Source: Smithellaceae bacterium
Lineage (GTDB): Bacteria > Desulfobacterota > Syntrophia > Syntrophales > Smithellaceae
Assembly: GCA_963667845.2 (NCBI GenBank)
Contig: CAXXVL010000001.1
Location: forward strand, 352,001-416,000
Direction of reading: 5' to 3'
Length of the DNA: 64,000 bases
Shown one piece after another: positions 28,142 through 38,217 of this stretch (position 1 is its first letter; each line of letters begins with the position of its first letter). Under the pieces are notes generated by a model. The model saw nothing but the letters and a program-made list of their open reading frames with translations, was not told the origin of the DNA and ran no database searches. The translations under genes and the position numbers were made by a program.

Positions 28142-29848
28142 ATGTCGCTGCTAATCAATCCTAAAACCTACCATCAGAAGTGGCCCGATCAGAAAACTCA
28201 GGACATCATGGAAAAGACGATCACCTTTTTTGAGAGAAAAGGTCTCAGGAGCATCAAGGAAGACGACCAGGATATCCGCTGGTATGACGATTATATCCGC
28301 TTTTTGAAAGAGAAAGAGGTATTCGCAACCCTGTTGACTCCCTCGGGTTACGGAGATCCTGATTCCCGTTTCGACCTCTCCAGGGTCTGTCAGTTCAATG
28401 AGATTCTGGGTTTTTACGGCAACTCCTTTCAATACGCATACCAAGTCTCGATCCTGGGTCTGGGCCCCATCTGGATGGGGAACAACGAGGCCGTGAAGCA
28501 CAAGGCCGCCAGGCTGCTGAAGGAGGGGGGAATTTTTGCTTTCGGTCTGTCCGAGAAGGATCATGGAGCGGACCTCTACTCCAATGAAATGAAACTCCAT
28601 CCACAGGCGAACGGGACTTATAAGGCAGATGGAAGCAAGTACTACATCGGCAATGCCAATCGTGCAGCCCTTGTTTCCGTTCAGGGGCGCTACACCGATA
28701 AGGACGAGTATGTGTTTTTCGTCGTTGAAAGTGGGCATCACAACTATAAACTCGTGAAGAAGATCGAGACCTCCGGCAATCGCAACGGATACGTCGGCGA
28801 GTTCGAACTGGTCGATTATCCTATTGCGCCGGAAGATATCCTCTCCAGCGGACAGCTTGCGTGGGACTCCTCGCTCTCCACCGTCAATATAGGCAAGTTC
28901 CAGTTGGGGTTCTGCGCTGTCGGGATTTGCACGCATTCATTCTACGAGGCGATCAATCATGCCTCCAACCGCATTCTTTATGGAAAACCGGTTACCGCCT
29001 TTCCGCACATCCGTAAATTTTTCATCGATTCCTATGTGCGGCTGCATGCCATGAAGCTCTATGCGCTGAGGAGTCTCGATTACTTCCGTTCCTCCTCAAA
29101 CGAGGACCGGCGATACCTCCTGTTTAACCCGATCCAGAAGACAAAAGTCGCCCAGGAAGGTGTGAAAGTCATGGATATGATCCTTGATATCGTCACCGCC
29201 AAAGGATTCGAACAGGATACTTACATCGAAGGAGCCATCCGGGAAATAGGGATGCTGCCGCGCCTCGAAGGAACGGCCCACGTCAACATCGGCCTCGTCA
29301 TCAAGTTTCTGCAGAACTATCTCTTTAATCCCATCGACTATCCGGTCATTCCCAAGAGGGACGATCCGGGCGATGACGCTTACATTTTCAAACAATACAC
29401 GGGAGGGCTCGCCAAGGTGCGCTTTCCCGATTACCGCCTGGCTTACGAAGGGGTGGATCTTCCCAACATCCGAGTCTTCCGGAGTCAGATTGAACTGTTC
29501 AGGGAATTCATGGAACGGGCAACGCCCAGTCCCGAGCAGCGCGCCAATATCGATTATATGCTCCCGCTGGGAGAGATGTTTACCCTCATTGTTTACGCGC
29601 AGCTGATTCTTGAGAACTGCGGGATTTACAAGGTGGACAGCGACATCGTAGATCGGATTTTCAATCTTCTGGTGCGGGACTTCTCCCAGTATGCTCTGAC
29701 GCAGATTACGGGCGCGGTCAATACGAATGAGCAGGAAAAGTATCTCCGGAAAATGTTGATGAATCCGGTGATCGATCCGGCGCAGGAGATGCGGCTGTGG
29801 AAGGATCACGTTGAGGTTCTCAACGGAGCGTATGTAATGAATCCTTAA
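28142..29848 (+). CDS. Acyl-CoA dehydrogenase (long, FadE-like)
   Basis: AAGGAGG RBS; FAFGLSEKDHGAD, GSKYYIGN, RILYG, LPRLEGT. Confidence 0.9.
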   Translation: MSLLINPKTYHQKWPDQKTQDIMEKTITFFERKGLRSIKEDDQDIRWYDDYIRFLKEKEVFATLLTPSGYGDPDSRFDLSRVCQFNEILGFYGNSFQYAYQVSILGLGPIWMGNNEAVKHKAARLLKEGGIFAFGLSEKDHGADLYSNEMKLHPQANGTYKADGSKYYIGNANRAALVSVQGRYTDKDEYVFFVVESGHHNYKLVKKIETSGNRNGYVGEFELVDYPIAPEDILSSGQLAWDSSLSTVNIGKFQLGFCAVGICTHSFYEAINHASNRILYGKPVTAFPHIRKFFIDSYVRLHAMKLYALRSLDYFRSSSNEDRRYLLFNPIQKTKVAQEGVKVMDMILDIVTAKGFEQDTYIEGAIREIGMLPRLEGTAHVNIGLVIKFLQNYLFNPIDYPVIPKRDDPGDDAYIFKQYTGGLAKVRFPDYRLAYEGVDLPNIRVFRSQIELFREFMERATPSPEQRANIDYMLPLGEMFTLIVYAQLILENCGIYKVDSDIVDRIFNLLVRDFSQYALTQITGAVNTNEQEKYLRKMLMNPVIDPAQEMRLWKDHVEVLNGAYVMNP

Positions 29849-29932
29849 AGAAAAAAGTCGGAAGCTCAAATCAAAGAGAGGATCTTTGCCGAAGTGAATG
29901 GATCATGAGGCATCGATACAGGAGGTTCAACA

Positions 29933-30244
29933 TTGAACTGGAGTGAGAAGATAGAGGAGCTTAAAATCCGCAGGGGGGAAGCCTTGGAAATGGGCGGACC
30001 CGACAAGATCTTGCGGCAGCGTGAACAGGGGAAGCTCACCGCGCGCGAACGGCTTGATCTCCTATTCGATCGAGGAAGCTTCATCGAATATGGGATGCTC
30101 GCCATGAGCCCCAGTGAACGGCTCAAGAAAGAAAACAAGAAAACTCCGGCGGACGCCGTGATCGTCGGCTACGGCAAAATCAACGGCCGGCCGGCCAGCA
30201 CGATCCAAAATAAAATCAAACGAGGAAATATTTATGATCGATAA
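29933..30244 (+). pseudogene. Truncated carboxyltransferase subunit (N-terminal ~87 codons only)
   Basis: GGAGG RBS and TTG start; EMGGPDKI..QGKLTARERLDLLFDRG..KTPADAVIVGYGKINGRP is homologous to the 22152 gene, then runs into the next gene's leader. Confidence 0.85.
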
Positions 30245-31841
30245 AAGCAAACGCATAACCCGTCCTGCAGTCTCTCTCGAGGATCTGGAACTCCTGAAAG
30301 GCAAACAAATCGAATTTGACAGTGTTGCTCAGATGCTGACCGTCCGGGCACAAGAAATCCCTGATGCCGTCCACGTCCTGTATTACGACGAGGTCATCAC
30401 TTATAGACAGACCAATGAGCGGGCCAACCGGGTGGCGAATTTCCTGAAGCAAAGAGGTGTTGGTAAAGGCGACATGGTTTCAGTCATGGTCCTCAATTCG
30501 CCCGAAATCTACTACACCATGTTCGGGGCCCAGAAGCTGGGCGCAGTGGCCGGGACCATAAACTATATGCTCAAAGGCCCGGAAATAGCCTACGTCCTTG
30601 AGGACTCGAAACCCAAGGTGGCGTTTGTAGGCAGCGAATACATGGCCGAGTTTGCCAAAGGCTGGCGGCTCTCGGTGCATAAACCGGTTGTGGTCGAGGT
30701 CGTGACAACGGTCGAGCACGGTGAAAAGATTGCCGAACTGATCCTGAGAGAGGTCCTGGACCGTTTTCCCGCTGATGAGTGCCTCGTGCCCCAATCACTG
30801 GACGATCCCTTTTTGCTTCTTTATTCATCGGGCACGACCGGCGTACCCAAGGGTATCCTTCTCTCTAACAGAAACGAATTCGCCATCTGTAAGGCTGCCG
30901 CCCGTGGCAGGGTGAACCAGCCGGGGGATGTCTTCATGATCATCCTCCCCATGTTTCACACCAACCCCCTGTGCATCATAACCTACCCTTTCAGCTACCA
31001 GGGGCTTACCATCTGCATCCGTAAATCCTTCTCCCCGAAGGACTTCTGGCCCTCCCTGGAGCGCTACGGCGTGACGGTCGTCGTGGCTGTACCGGCGATG
31101 TATGCTTACATCTACAAGGCTGCGGACCCGCAGACCATTGATTACAATCGCCTGAAGCTCAGGTACGCCTTTGCCGGAGCGGCCCCCATGCCTCTGGAGT
31201 TGGTCCGGGGTTTCAAGGAAAAATTTGGAGTCCAGGTAATTGACGGCTATGGCCTGACCGAGGCCGGCGGCGTTTCCACCGCCAGTTTCGGCGCGCCTGA
31301 AAACCTCGCTTCCATCGGGATTGCCACTTATGGCCAGGAAGTGGAGATCATGGATGACGAAAACAACATCCTGCCGTATGGCGAGCGCGGCGAGATCTGC
31401 ATCAAGGGAGAGGCGGTGATGCTCGGTTATCTGAATAAGCCCGAGGCAACAGCCGAGGTCATCCGGGACGGCTGGCTTCACACAGGCGATATGGGACATA
31501 TGGACGAACAGGGTTACGTCTACATCTCCGGCCGTAAAAAAGAAATGATCAACCGGGGTGGAGAGAATATTTATCCCCGGGAAATCGAGATCCCCTTGGA
31601 AAAGCATCCCAAAATAGCGGAAGTGGCCGTCGTGGGTGCGCCTGATCCGGCCCTGGGCGAGCGGGTCCGGGCCTGCATCGTCCTGCATCCCTCGTGCTCT
31701 CTTACTGCGGAGGAGGTCATAGAGTACCTCTCGGACAAAATCGCCAAATACAAACTTCCCGAGTTTATAGAATTCATGCCTGCCCTTCCTCGCAATCCCA
31801 CGGGCAAAATTCTGAAACAGGAACTGAAAGAGATGTTCTGA
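30234..31841 (+). CDS. AMP-forming acyl-CoA synthetase
   Basis: LYSSGTTGVPKG, DGYGLTE, HTGD, GRKKEMINRGGENIYP, NPTGKILK. Confidence 0.92.
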   Translation: MIDKSKRITRPAVSLEDLELLKGKQIEFDSVAQMLTVRAQEIPDAVHVLYYDEVITYRQTNERANRVANFLKQRGVGKGDMVSVMVLNSPEIYYTMFGAQKLGAVAGTINYMLKGPEIAYVLEDSKPKVAFVGSEYMAEFAKGWRLSVHKPVVVEVVTTVEHGEKIAELILREVLDRFPADECLVPQSLDDPFLLLYSSGTTGVPKGILLSNRNEFAICKAAARGRVNQPGDVFMIILPMFHTNPLCIITYPFSYQGLTICIRKSFSPKDFWPSLERYGVTVVVAVPAMYAYIYKAADPQTIDYNRLKLRYAFAGAAPMPLELVRGFKEKFGVQVIDGYGLTEAGGVSTASFGAPENLASIGIATYGQEVEIMDDENNILPYGERGEICIKGEAVMLGYLNKPEATAEVIRDGWLHTGDMGHMDEQGYVYISGRKKEMINRGGENIYPREIEIPLEKHPKIAEVAVVGAPDPALGERVRACIVLHPSCSLTAEEVIEYLSDKIAKYKLPEFIEFMPALPRNPTGKILKQELKEMF

Positions 31842-31925
31842 TCTACAGATAAGAGGAAAGGAGGTGACCTTACCCCGGAAGATGTACCAAGTTTAAATTG
31901 AGTCCTTGATCCTGTGAGGGTTCCC

Positions 31926-32372
31926 CCCGGGCGGGCCAAACTGTACCGCGTCTGGCATGACCAGTGGAAAAAATGGAAGGTGGCGCCCTACAACAGCCGG
32001 CTCTTTGAGCATCTCACTTCAAACACTGGAGCCTATGCGATGTATACGTATTGGCTGCTCAGCGTGATCGAACGGGCCAAAAGCACCGATCCGGAAAAGA
32101 TCGTAAAAGTCTGGGAAGGTGACACGTATCGGATGGCGAACGGCAAGATCATTAAGATGCGGGCTTGCGATCATAAGAGCATCCAGGATTTACTCGTGTC
32201 CGAGTTCGTACCGCCGGAGGAGCAGAAAGTGTCGTTCAACATTCCTCCCTATTATTGGTTCAAAGGCATCTCGTATGCCGGTAAGGGCTTAGTGATCCCC
32301 GCGGCAAAGGTTCTTCCCAAAATGGATCAGAAAATTGATCGCTGTGCGGGAAAGGATGGTTGGGGTGAATAG
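31926..32372 (+). pseudogene. Near-exact duplicate of the last 447 bp of binding-protein copy 3 (26780-27226)
   Basis: Offset 5146; only 5 substitutions seen, all in the last ~130 bp; no 5' part or signal peptide. Confidence 0.92.
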
Positions 32373-32445
32373 GATTCCACTATCCGTCCGAGAATTTAAC
32401 GGGATATTTATAGGCTGTGAAATCAATGATCATCCAGCCTCAAGC

Positions 32446-32557
32446 GGCCTGCTGATGGAATCCAAACTGCTAATGACGTTTATGGGAGCCCAAACCAGAT
32501 GGAGGCGGTTACCGCAGTCTTTACCAGGTGTCCGCCCAAATTCGAGGATCCGGCGCG
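32446..32557 (+). pseudogene. Decayed 3' end of the crotonase gene (cf. 5464-5577)
   Basis: GGCCTGCTGATGGAATCC...GGATCCGGCG aligns with 5464-5577 with a 1-nt deletion and loss of the stop. Confidence 0.85.
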
Positions 32558-32600
32558 ACCGCGCAATTTTCAATGGCTCATTTTGTAAAGGAGAACTCTA

Positions 32601-32967
32601 ATGCATTGCGATCTTCACCATGTCCATCTCTTTGCATCCGACCTCGATTGCAGCATCGGATTTTTATCGTGAAATGTTCGGCGCGGAAACTCTGTTTGAT
32701 GAAAATTTTGGCGGTGTGCGTAATGTTCTGATACGCATTGGAACCGGTCATATCACTTTTTATGACCAGCCTCCGCGTGGTACCGGGAAGAACGCCGTGC
32801 ATCATCTCGGAATCCACACGGATGATATTTCGGCACTGATCGCTCATATGAAGTCGAAGGGTTTCAACTTCCGGTCGCCGATCAGAAACCTCGGCGATCT
32901 TAAATACATCATGCGCGCGGGGCCGGACGGAGTTTTGATAGAGGTCTTTGAAAGGCAGGCCCATTGA
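32601..32967 (+). pseudogene. Frameshifted VOC gene (copy of 5619)
   Basis: ATG 32601 MHCDLHHVHLFASDLD; one extra T in GGATTTTTATCG shifts the frame; the remainder FYREMFGAE...EVFE is in another frame. Confidence 0.85.
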
Positions 32968-32996
32968 TGAGATAAAAGATGTGCCGGCATGAGGAG

Positions 32997-33047
32997 ATCC
33001 AGATCATCGGCTCCGGCCCATCCGGCGTGACGCCCGCGCGTCCATGA
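32997..33047 (+). pseudogene. Last 51 bp of the cupin gene (cf. 6551-6601)
   Basis: ATCCAGATCATCGGCTCCGGcCCATCCGGCGTGACGcCCGCGCGTCCATgA; the rest of the gene is deleted. Confidence 0.85.
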
Positions 33048-33341
33048 AACGCGAAGAGCTTGTCTAAGTGAATCTCTTGCGTTCTCGCCGGGGCCGAAAA
33101 AGCTCCGGCTTGTAACTATCAGCTAACCGGCTGGTTTGAGGAAGCGGACGGCCGAGACGGGTATCGTGTCGACGGTCCGCTTCTGGCAGCATGTCCGGAG
33201 ATGTTGGATGATCATTGAAAATCCCCGGATCCCGTGCAATCCCGCATTCGGAAATCCGGGATTTTAAGAAGTTAACGGTCATAACAGGGAACAGCGTGAT
33301 CTCATTTTCTGTCCATGATTTTTATTTACCTATGGAAGAAA

Positions 33342-34043
33342 TCAGATACCCAGGTAGGATTTTCTGATGTGATCATTGCCTGCAAGATTCTGAGCGGTAT
33401 CGACCATTGCTATTTTACCGTTTTCCAGGATGTAGCCCCTGTCGATTGCCTTAAGAGCCTGGCGGACATTTTGTTCCGTCACCAGAATAGAGACATCTTT
33501 CTTAATCTCTTTTAAGCGATGAAATACTTCCGTGACAATAGACGGCTGTAAACCTCCCGACGGTTCATCCAGTATCAATACTTTGGGATCTCCCATCAAG
33601 GCTCTGGCAATGGCAACCATTCTTTGTTGGCCGCCGCTCATGTTCCCTGCAAGCTGGTCGATTCTTTCTTCCAGTATCGGAAACATGGCAAAAATATATT
33701 CGAGTCTTTCTTTGTACTTTTTCTTGGCCCTTGGAATATAGGCGCAACCGGTGCGTAAATTTTCCAGTACGGTCATCATGGGAAACAGTTCTCTTTCCTG
33801 AGGCACAACCATGATACCATGCTTGATAATTCTATCCGTTTCCATTTTTATAATGGACTCTCCATCCAACAGCACATCGCCGCTCGCAGGTCTCACCAGC
33901 CCCAGTATCGTATTGATGAGCGTAGTCTTTCCGGCGCCGTTGGGGCCGAACAATCCTACAGACTCATTGCCGATCTGCATGGACACGTCCCAGACAATCT
34001 GCAGCTTGCCATAAAAGACATTCAGATTTTTAACTTCTAACAT
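33342..34043 (-). CDS. livF: Branched-chain amino acid-type ABC transporter ATPase
   Basis: GPNGAGKTT, MSGGQQRM, ILDEPS, TEQN, IRKSYLG. Confidence 0.88.
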   Translation of the reverse strand: MLEVKNLNVFYGKLQIVWDVSMQIGNESVGLFGPNGAGKTTLINTILGLVRPASGDVLLDGESIIKMETDRIIKHGIMVVPQERELFPMMTVLENLRTGCAYIPRAKKKYKERLEYIFAMFPILEERIDQLAGNMSGGQQRMVAIARALMGDPKVLILDEPSGGLQPSIVTEVFHRLKEIKKDVSILVTEQNVRQALKAIDRGYILENGKIAMVDTAQNLAGNDHIRKSYLGI

Positions 34044-34759
34044 TCTGCTTCCTCACCAAGATATGCTGTAATGACGCGTGGATCTGATGATACCTGATCG
34101 TAGGGACCCTCGCACAATACTTTCCCCCATTCCAATACAACAACACGATGAGTGAGCTCCCGGATAACTCTCATCACGTGTTCAATGATTATAATGGTCA
34201 TCCCCTGAGAATGAATTTTACGCACCGTATCCATCATGTCCATCGTCTCATCTTTATTGAGTCCTGCCATGACTTCATCCAGGAAAATCAACTTGGGCTC
34301 CGTTGCCAGAGCGCGGGCTATTTCCATCTTTTTAATTTCGAGGGCTGTCATAGCTGAAATCGGCCGTTCCACATTTTCCAGATTTAAGAACCGGCAGAGT
34401 TCCGTGGCTTTCTCGCGAGATTTCTTCACGGAATAATTCTTACCGAACATCGCGCCCAGCATAACGTTTTCAATCAAGTTCAGGCCGACAAGAGGTCGCA
34501 TGAGCTGGAATGTCCGGCTGATGCCGGCGTGGCATTTTTTGTCAGATGAATGCAGGGTGATATCCTGACCGCAAAACTCAATTTTCCCGGCTGTCGGCAA
34601 ATAAACTCCGGCAATAACATTCGTAAAGGTTGACTTGCCGGCGCCGTTAGGTCCGATAACACCGATAATTTCATTCTCGTTTACTTCAATGCTGACATCA
34701 CTCAGTGCCGCGAGCCCGCCGAATTTCCTGGTTAATCCAGTTGTTTTAAGAATGACCAT
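34037..34759 (-). CDS. livG: Branched-chain amino acid-type ABC transporter ATPase
   Basis: FGGLAAL, GPNGAGKST, ISRTFQ, FLDE, DPRVITAYLG. Confidence 0.88.
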   Translation of the reverse strand: MVILKTTGLTRKFGGLAALSDVSIEVNENEIIGVIGPNGAGKSTFTNVIAGVYLPTAGKIEFCGQDITLHSSDKKCHAGISRTFQLMRPLVGLNLIENVMLGAMFGKNYSVKKSREKATELCRFLNLENVERPISAMTALEIKKMEIARALATEPKLIFLDEVMAGLNKDETMDMMDTVRKIHSQGMTIIIIEHVMRVIRELTHRVVVLEWGKVLCEGPYDQVSSDPRVITAYLGEEAEC

Positions 34760-34773
34760 TGCTTAATCCTGCT

Positions 34774-35700
34774 TTACTGGTGATGATTGATTTTCTCGTA
34801 AACTTTTTTAATAAAACCCATGATCCCTCCGGGGAACCAGAGGATGGCTACCACCATGATAACGCCGTATACCAGCAAGTATCCGTAGGGGATTCTCAGC
34901 TTCAAAGCCTCTGCAACAATCGTTAATATTGCCGCCCCGATGACAGGCCCCCATGTTGTTCCCAGGCCGCCAAATAATGCCATGACGATCGGCAGAATCG
35001 TAAAGCTCCCGCTGAACTGCCCCTCCGGAGTTACGCTGCCGTATAGCTGGGAGTAAGCAGCACCCGACAGACCCTGTATTCCCGATGTAATGGCAAAGAT
35101 GATCACCAGATATTTAAAAATATTCACCCCGCTTGAAGCCGCAACAACTTCATCATTGGCAATAGCTGTTAGAGCAAAACGCATTCGTGATTTTTGAAAA
35201 ATGATAGAAATAATTATCGTTAAGACACCTATGGCCAGCATCAGCCAGTAGGTGCTTGCGGCATCACCCTTGAAGATCGCATTGGGAAGAATCATTCCTT
35301 CCGCTCCACCGGTAACTTCCAGGTTTCTGATAATAATCCTGAATATCTCACCGATGGCCAGGGTGACAATCGCGAAATACAGGAGCCTTAATCTTAACAC
35401 GGCCAACCCTACAAGAGCAGCAACTGCTGCCGCCGTGATAGATCCTGCCAGGATGCTTAAAATGGGATTGAGCGAAAAATAATATGTGCACAACACGGAA
35501 ACATAGCCGCCGATGCCCGCAAAACCGGCAATGCCGAATGACAGCTGACCGGATCGCATCAGCATATCCCAGCTCAGAGCAAAGACGGCATAGATTAATA
35601 TTATATTCAGCATTTGCAGGTAGTATATGCCCAGAAATTTGGGCAGCGATATTGCCACGATTAATACCACGATGCCAATCCAATATTTCCAGTACTTCAT
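34774..35700 (-). CDS. livM: Branched-chain amino acid-type ABC transporter permease
   Basis: GQLSFG, YFAIVTLA, GGLGTTWGPVIGA; multiple TM segments. Confidence 0.88.
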   Translation of the reverse strand: MKYWKYWIGIVVLIVAISLPKFLGIYYLQMLNIILIYAVFALSWDMLMRSGQLSFGIAGFAGIGGYVSVLCTYYFSLNPILSILAGSITAAAVAALVGLAVLRLRLLYFAIVTLAIGEIFRIIIRNLEVTGGAEGMILPNAIFKGDAASTYWLMLAIGVLTIIISIIFQKSRMRFALTAIANDEVVAASSGVNIFKYLVIIFAITSGIQGLSGAAYSQLYGSVTPEGQFSGSFTILPIVMALFGGLGTTWGPVIGAAILTIVAEALKLRIPYGYLLVYGVIMVVAILWFPGGIMGFIKKVYEKINHHQ

Positions 35701-36641
35701 TTTACCTGCCTTTGATGAGATCGGTACATGATGACGCCAATGATCAGAGCAAAATATATAATTTCAGCCCATTTGCCGTATTCCAATGATGAAAGAACCA
35801 GTGTTTCACCCATGCCCAGGATAAGAGATGCCAGGACTACGCCGGTTATCGAACCCATTCCGCCGACGGCTACCAGGGAAAAAGACTTGAGTGTAAAGGC
35901 CACGCCGACATGAGGGAATAAAGTATATCTTGACCCCATCATGGGACCTACGGCGCTGATCAGCGCAATCGAAATACAAAAGATCAATACGTAAATCCAT
36001 TTGATGTTGATGCCGACTATTCTGGCGCCGCGCGGATTCTGTCCTACGGCAACGGCCGCCTGACCTGTGCTTGTTTTTTTTAAGAATAATTGCAGACCGG
36101 CAAATATTATGATTGCAGCGATGACATAGACAAACTCATATATCCCGAAGGTAAACCCCTTAATGGTCGCCGAAGCGGAAACATAATCCATCGTCAATTT
36201 GCGGGGCTGATTGGTCGCCATAAGCGTGACGCCTTCCGTCAGGATATAAGAAATGCCAAACCCCAACAGCAGCTGATTCAAAGCGGTCTTGCCGATAGCA
36301 TGTTTAAAAGTTAAATAATAAACGATTAAACCGAAAAAGAAAAAAATGACCAGAATCGGGATAATTGCCACAAGAGGATCTATCCCGAATTGCACGTTCA
36401 GAAAATAAGTCAAATAGGCGCCAAGCATCATGAAATCGCCATGCGCCAGGTTGATGACGTCCACAACACCCAAGAGCAGTGCCATAGGTAATGCGATGAT
36501 TGCATACAAGGCCGAGCGCTGCAGACCTTCAATGAGCACGGCCGGCTTGTAATAACCGACGACCAGAATCACGGCTATAGTTATCACAAAGCCGATTAAA
36601 AAATACTTTTGTTTAAATTTGCCCAAGATAGAATATGCCAT
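35697..36641 (-). CDS. livH: Branched-chain amino acid-type ABC transporter permease
   Basis: VINLAHGDFMMLGAY, GARIVGIN, VGGMGS. Confidence 0.88.
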   Translation of the reverse strand: MAYSILGKFKQKYFLIGFVITIAVILVVGYYKPAVLIEGLQRSALYAIIALPMALLLGVVDVINLAHGDFMMLGAYLTYFLNVQFGIDPLVAIIPILVIFFFFGLIVYYLTFKHAIGKTALNQLLLGFGISYILTEGVTLMATNQPRKLTMDYVSASATIKGFTFGIYEFVYVIAAIIIFAGLQLFLKKTSTGQAAVAVGQNPRGARIVGINIKWIYVLIFCISIALISAVGPMMGSRYTLFPHVGVAFTLKSFSLVAVGGMGSITGVVLASLILGMGETLVLSSLEYGKWAEIIYFALIIGVIMYRSHQRQVK

Positions 36642-36671
36642 GATTAATAAATCCCAGACTTATCTGAAAAT

Positions 36672-36708
36672 TTTCCTTGCGGGCAGAACGGATCCGCCCG
36701 CAAGGAAA
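36672..36708 (-). terminator. Intercistronic stem-loop between the binding-protein gene and livH
   Basis: TTTCCTTGCGGGC...GCCCGCAAGGAAA; a typical position for a differential-expression hairpin in ABC operons. Confidence 0.6.
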
Positions 36709-36723
36709 TGATATGGACTCTGA

Positions 36724-38025
36724 TTATTTCTTCGGCTTGGCTTTCGCCGGCGCAACAGGCTTCTTTTCTTCAGCAACGATCGCCCAGCCGGCTTTGTCTC
36801 GTTTATCCCAGGCGGGGAAAGGATAAATCATTTTAGCCGTGGCCACCTCGGCGGGCCAGAGAACTTCCTGTTTGCCTTTCTGGTATTGTAAAAGTTTAGG
36901 TGAAGCATAAGCCTGATGACTGATCACATTGCTCTTACCGAACACAAACGTATCTCCCAGCGGAGAAGCATATTTGGTCGCTTCCAGAGCTTTAATCAAC
37001 GCTGCCTTTTCCAATGTTTTTGCTCTTTTAACCGCATCGGCAACAATCATGATATCGGTATAGCAAAGAGGTCCGAAATAAGTCACGGGAGAATCTTGAA
37101 ACGCTTTTCTGAACGCATCCGAATAAGCCCTGCTTTCCTTGTTCTTCTTACCGATGGATTCGCTCCAGTAACCATTAAACAAAACCCCGTCGCTGAGCGG
37201 CGATTTGGCAAAATCCTTTGGCCAGCCCGGAGGGGAGCCGGCAAAGACAGCAGGAGCAAAACCGATTTCCTTAGCCTGTTCCATGATGGGTATCGCGTCG
37301 TTTGCATAACCCAGCCAGGTGAACATATCAGGATTAAAATCCTTGGCATGCCGCAGCACGGAACGGTAATCTCCGCCGCCGACAAAAGCGCTTTTAAAAG
37401 CTTCGCCCAACAAAGTCTGCTTCGCTGCATCCGCCAGAGGTTTGAATACTTTGAAGGAACCGGCGCCGAACGGACCTTCCTCGTAAGCTACAAAATATTT
37501 AATCCCTTCAAACTTGCCGCCCACTGTCGGAAAGAGCTCTCTGTATCCTCTATCAAAAGCAGCCTGTTGTTGATAGTCCCAGGCATGGATATGAAAGAAC
37601 CAATTTTGACCTTCCATCGCCTGTTCAACTTTTGAGCTGGCCGCACCTGCCCAGACAACAATTTTGCCATATTTTTTCATGCCGGGAATCATGGCCATGG
37701 TCGTGCCGCTGCCCACCCCGCCGACAATGATATCAACGTTATCGACGGTGACCAGTTTATCCAAGGCTGCTGCTGCTTTATCCGCTTTGCCTTCGTCATC
37801 CATCACGATTAATGTGATCTGACGTCCCAGCAGACCGCCTTTTTCATTGATTTGCTTTACGGCAAGCTGCATGGATCTTGAACCATCTATACCGGTGGAA
37901 TCGGCCAGAGGCAAAATGGCGCCTATCTTGATCGGCTCTGCCGCATTGGCAGGCCCAATCACGAAAAAAAGACCGGTAACAAAAGCCGCCAACAGTAACC
38001 CGATGAATACCCTCATTTTCATCAT
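36724..38025 (-). CDS. LivK-like substrate-binding protein cognate to livHMGF
   Basis: Signal peptide; IKIGAILPL, QINEKGGLLGRQI; directly upstream of the permeases. Confidence 0.9.
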   Translation of the reverse strand: MMKMRVFIGLLLAAFVTGLFFVIGPANAAEPIKIGAILPLADSTGIDGSRSMQLAVKQINEKGGLLGRQITLIVMDDEGKADKAAAALDKLVTVDNVDIIVGGVGSGTTMAMIPGMKKYGKIVVWAGAASSKVEQAMEGQNWFFHIHAWDYQQQAAFDRGYRELFPTVGGKFEGIKYFVAYEEGPFGAGSFKVFKPLADAAKQTLLGEAFKSAFVGGGDYRSVLRHAKDFNPDMFTWLGYANDAIPIMEQAKEIGFAPAVFAGSPPGWPKDFAKSPLSDGVLFNGYWSESIGKKNKESRAYSDAFRKAFQDSPVTYFGPLCYTDIMIVADAVKRAKTLEKAALIKALEATKYASPLGDTFVFGKSNVISHQAYASPKLLQYQKGKQEVLWPAEVATAKMIYPFPAWDKRDKAGWAIVAEEKKPVAPAKAKPKK

Positions 38026-38217
38026 AAGACCCTCCTGATTTTAAACATGCTTTGTGCGATATCTATTAATTCGTTAATAGCTTCAGTTTATATGCCCGGC
38101 AGAACCTGCCGCCATAAAAGCTACCTTCCCCCCTGCGATTCTTGTTGCGATCACTCCTTCATAAAATAGAATGTTTTGATAAAGCAATCCCGGCCTGGTC
38201 AACGATCCGGGCTCTCC

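Noticed and set aside
31926..32372. The duplicated binding-protein 3' end as a diversity-generating retroelement template/variable repeat pair
   Set aside because: No reverse transcriptase in the window, and the few differences are not confined to adenine positions
33130..33270. Two long hairpins between the pseudogene cluster and livF
   Set aside because: Most simply terminators of convergent transcription units; no evidence for an RNA gene
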